From Prorocentrum cordatum (taxonomy: Eukaryota): a DNA stretch of 64,000 nt. Each line of letters begins with the position of its first letter. Positions within the stretch are counted from its first letter, which is position 1. A program made the position numbers and the translations under genes. Below the pieces are notes generated by a model. That model made no database searches and had not been told where the DNA came from. It worked only from the letters and a program-made list of their open reading frames with translations. The stretch covers positions 1 to 64,000 of the forward strand of contig CAUYUJ010000068.1 of the NCBI GenBank assembly GCA_963575745.1. The letters are read 5' to 3'. Of the stretch, positions 63,115 to 64,000 are shown in pieces.

Positions 63115-63353
63115 GTTTTTTCCGGATGTTTGCGAGCAGGCACTTTGCGAGCAATGGGGCGCGCTCGGTTGCGCCCCGCTGCCCCTCCGACCTGGGGGGC
63201 GCGGCGGAAAATCGCGACGGCCAGCTTTTCTGGGATCTCGGCCTCTGGGCACTGCATCCCGGCCCCGAGCCGGTCCTGGGGAGGGGGTCTCGAGATCCCC
63301 AGAGACCCGTCACAACATGAGTCTCGACGTCGGGGGAGAGGGCCATCTCCTCC
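54617..63353 (-). CDS. Candidate multi-exon host gene, partial; exons 63353-63314, 60507-60462, 59396-59354, 56074-56047, 55676-55624, 54830-54790, 54637-~54617; thioesterase/alpha-beta-hydrolase-like
   Basis: Each exon has an AG|G acceptor and a GT or GC donor. Phases chain without stops to EEMALSPDVETHVVAEGTHVDFLNRNVLGNLLDIMASPSSANTSSTPSPELDAVGADLPCDEKGGLPAERPEFIVKSDDEDDLGSVHPK. Exons were picked by eye. Confidence 0.45.
58339..58516. mobile_element. Tc1/mariner-type MITE (178 bp) with TA target duplication
   Basis: TA|CTCCAGATTTCGTAATAAAGGGAGGGGGGTCT...AGACCCCCTCCCTTTTATTACGAAATCTGGGG|TA, inside a TA-rich tract. Confidence 0.85.
60520..61180. repeat. (GGA)n degenerate microsatellite, the dominant repeat class in this window
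   Basis: Directly visible. Confidence 0.95.
61525..62680 (-). repeat. Interspersed 25-bp repeat GGYCTAACCCCTCRCCGCGCTGGGG (~18 copies), reading PQRGEGL(G/D) on the minus strand
   Basis: Copies are separated by short variable spacers and sit within larger duplicated blocks (DYIELELYDE twice, GEGLARGYHVNRE twice). Confidence 0.85.
63023..63112. repeat. 90-nt poly(T) tract
   Basis: Directly visible. Confidence 0.95.
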
Positions 63354-64000
63354 CTGACGGGTGCGCGCGCGTGCATGTGCATGCGTGGGGGCGCCGCAAG
63401 GCTTGAGCGCGACGGCCTCGAGATGACCCCACGATGGCCCAAGAGTGCCCCAAGAGGAGCCCAAGCGGGCCGCAAGGCGGCCCCCAGAGCGCCCGGCAGC
63501 GCCTCAAGAGCGTCCCAAGAGGGATGGCCCGAAAAAAAGCCCCCTAAATATATTTGCCCGCCTCCGACCGCTTCCTTGTATTGTCGATGGTCCCCAACAT
63601 GGCCCCAAGAGGCCCCTGAAGGCCCCCAAGAGAAGCCGAGGAGAACCTGAAGAGGGTCCCAAACGAGTCCAGAAGGCTTCCGAGATGACCCCAAGAGCGC
63701 CCCAATAGGCCCCCCGAGGTCGTTAATTTTACCATTGTTGGCCTCACTGTCTCACCATATGCTCGCCTACGCCCCCCTCCAAGCAACTCCCATTGGCATC
63801 GTTTTCTGGATGGGCTGGTGGGGGCATTTTTTTGGTCACCGGCCATCAGACAAGGGTCAGGCGGCAAGGGCAACGTCCGGGCCACGAACGAGGCGCATTG
63901 GCTAGAACAGCGCCGGCCGGCCCACTCAGACGGTAGCTGCAAGCTGGGTGGGCTGCGCTGACTGGCGCACTGCAAACACGGGCACGTGAACTGGGCAAAA

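Noticed and set aside
1..64000. tRNA or rRNA genes
   Set aside because: None was recognisable by eye; a covariance-model scan would be needed to exclude them.

Overview
This is GC-rich, microsatellite-dense eukaryotic DNA, almost certainly from a dinoflagellate: it carries an exact 22-nt dinoflagellate spliced leader (DinoSL), and the candidate micro-exons use GC as well as GT donors. Most ORFs in the supplied track are translations of simple repeats. The supportable content is: (1) a near full-length but frameshifted APE-type LINE (37946-42853, minus) whose 5' end is a complete DinoSL plus a tandem relict SL, with (TCC)n on both sides, so the flank could supply a polypyrimidine tract for the AG inside the SL; (2) a 3.4-kb near-perfect palindrome built from ~26-bp subrepeats (25781-29162) that splits the endonuclease domain of a second decayed LINE; (3) a 5'-truncated LINE tail, a Ty1/copia-like gag remnant and several MITE/dispersed repeat families, one of them nested with a 5-bp TSD; (4) a candidate minus-strand host gene of phase-compatible micro-exons (63353-54617) with a thioesterase/alpha-beta-hydrolase-like GxH motif; (5) a ~5-kb degenerate coding block with RNase III-like and Cys motifs, and a frame-preserving PQRGEGL repeat. 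All protein family calls come from motif recognition by eye; no database search was run.
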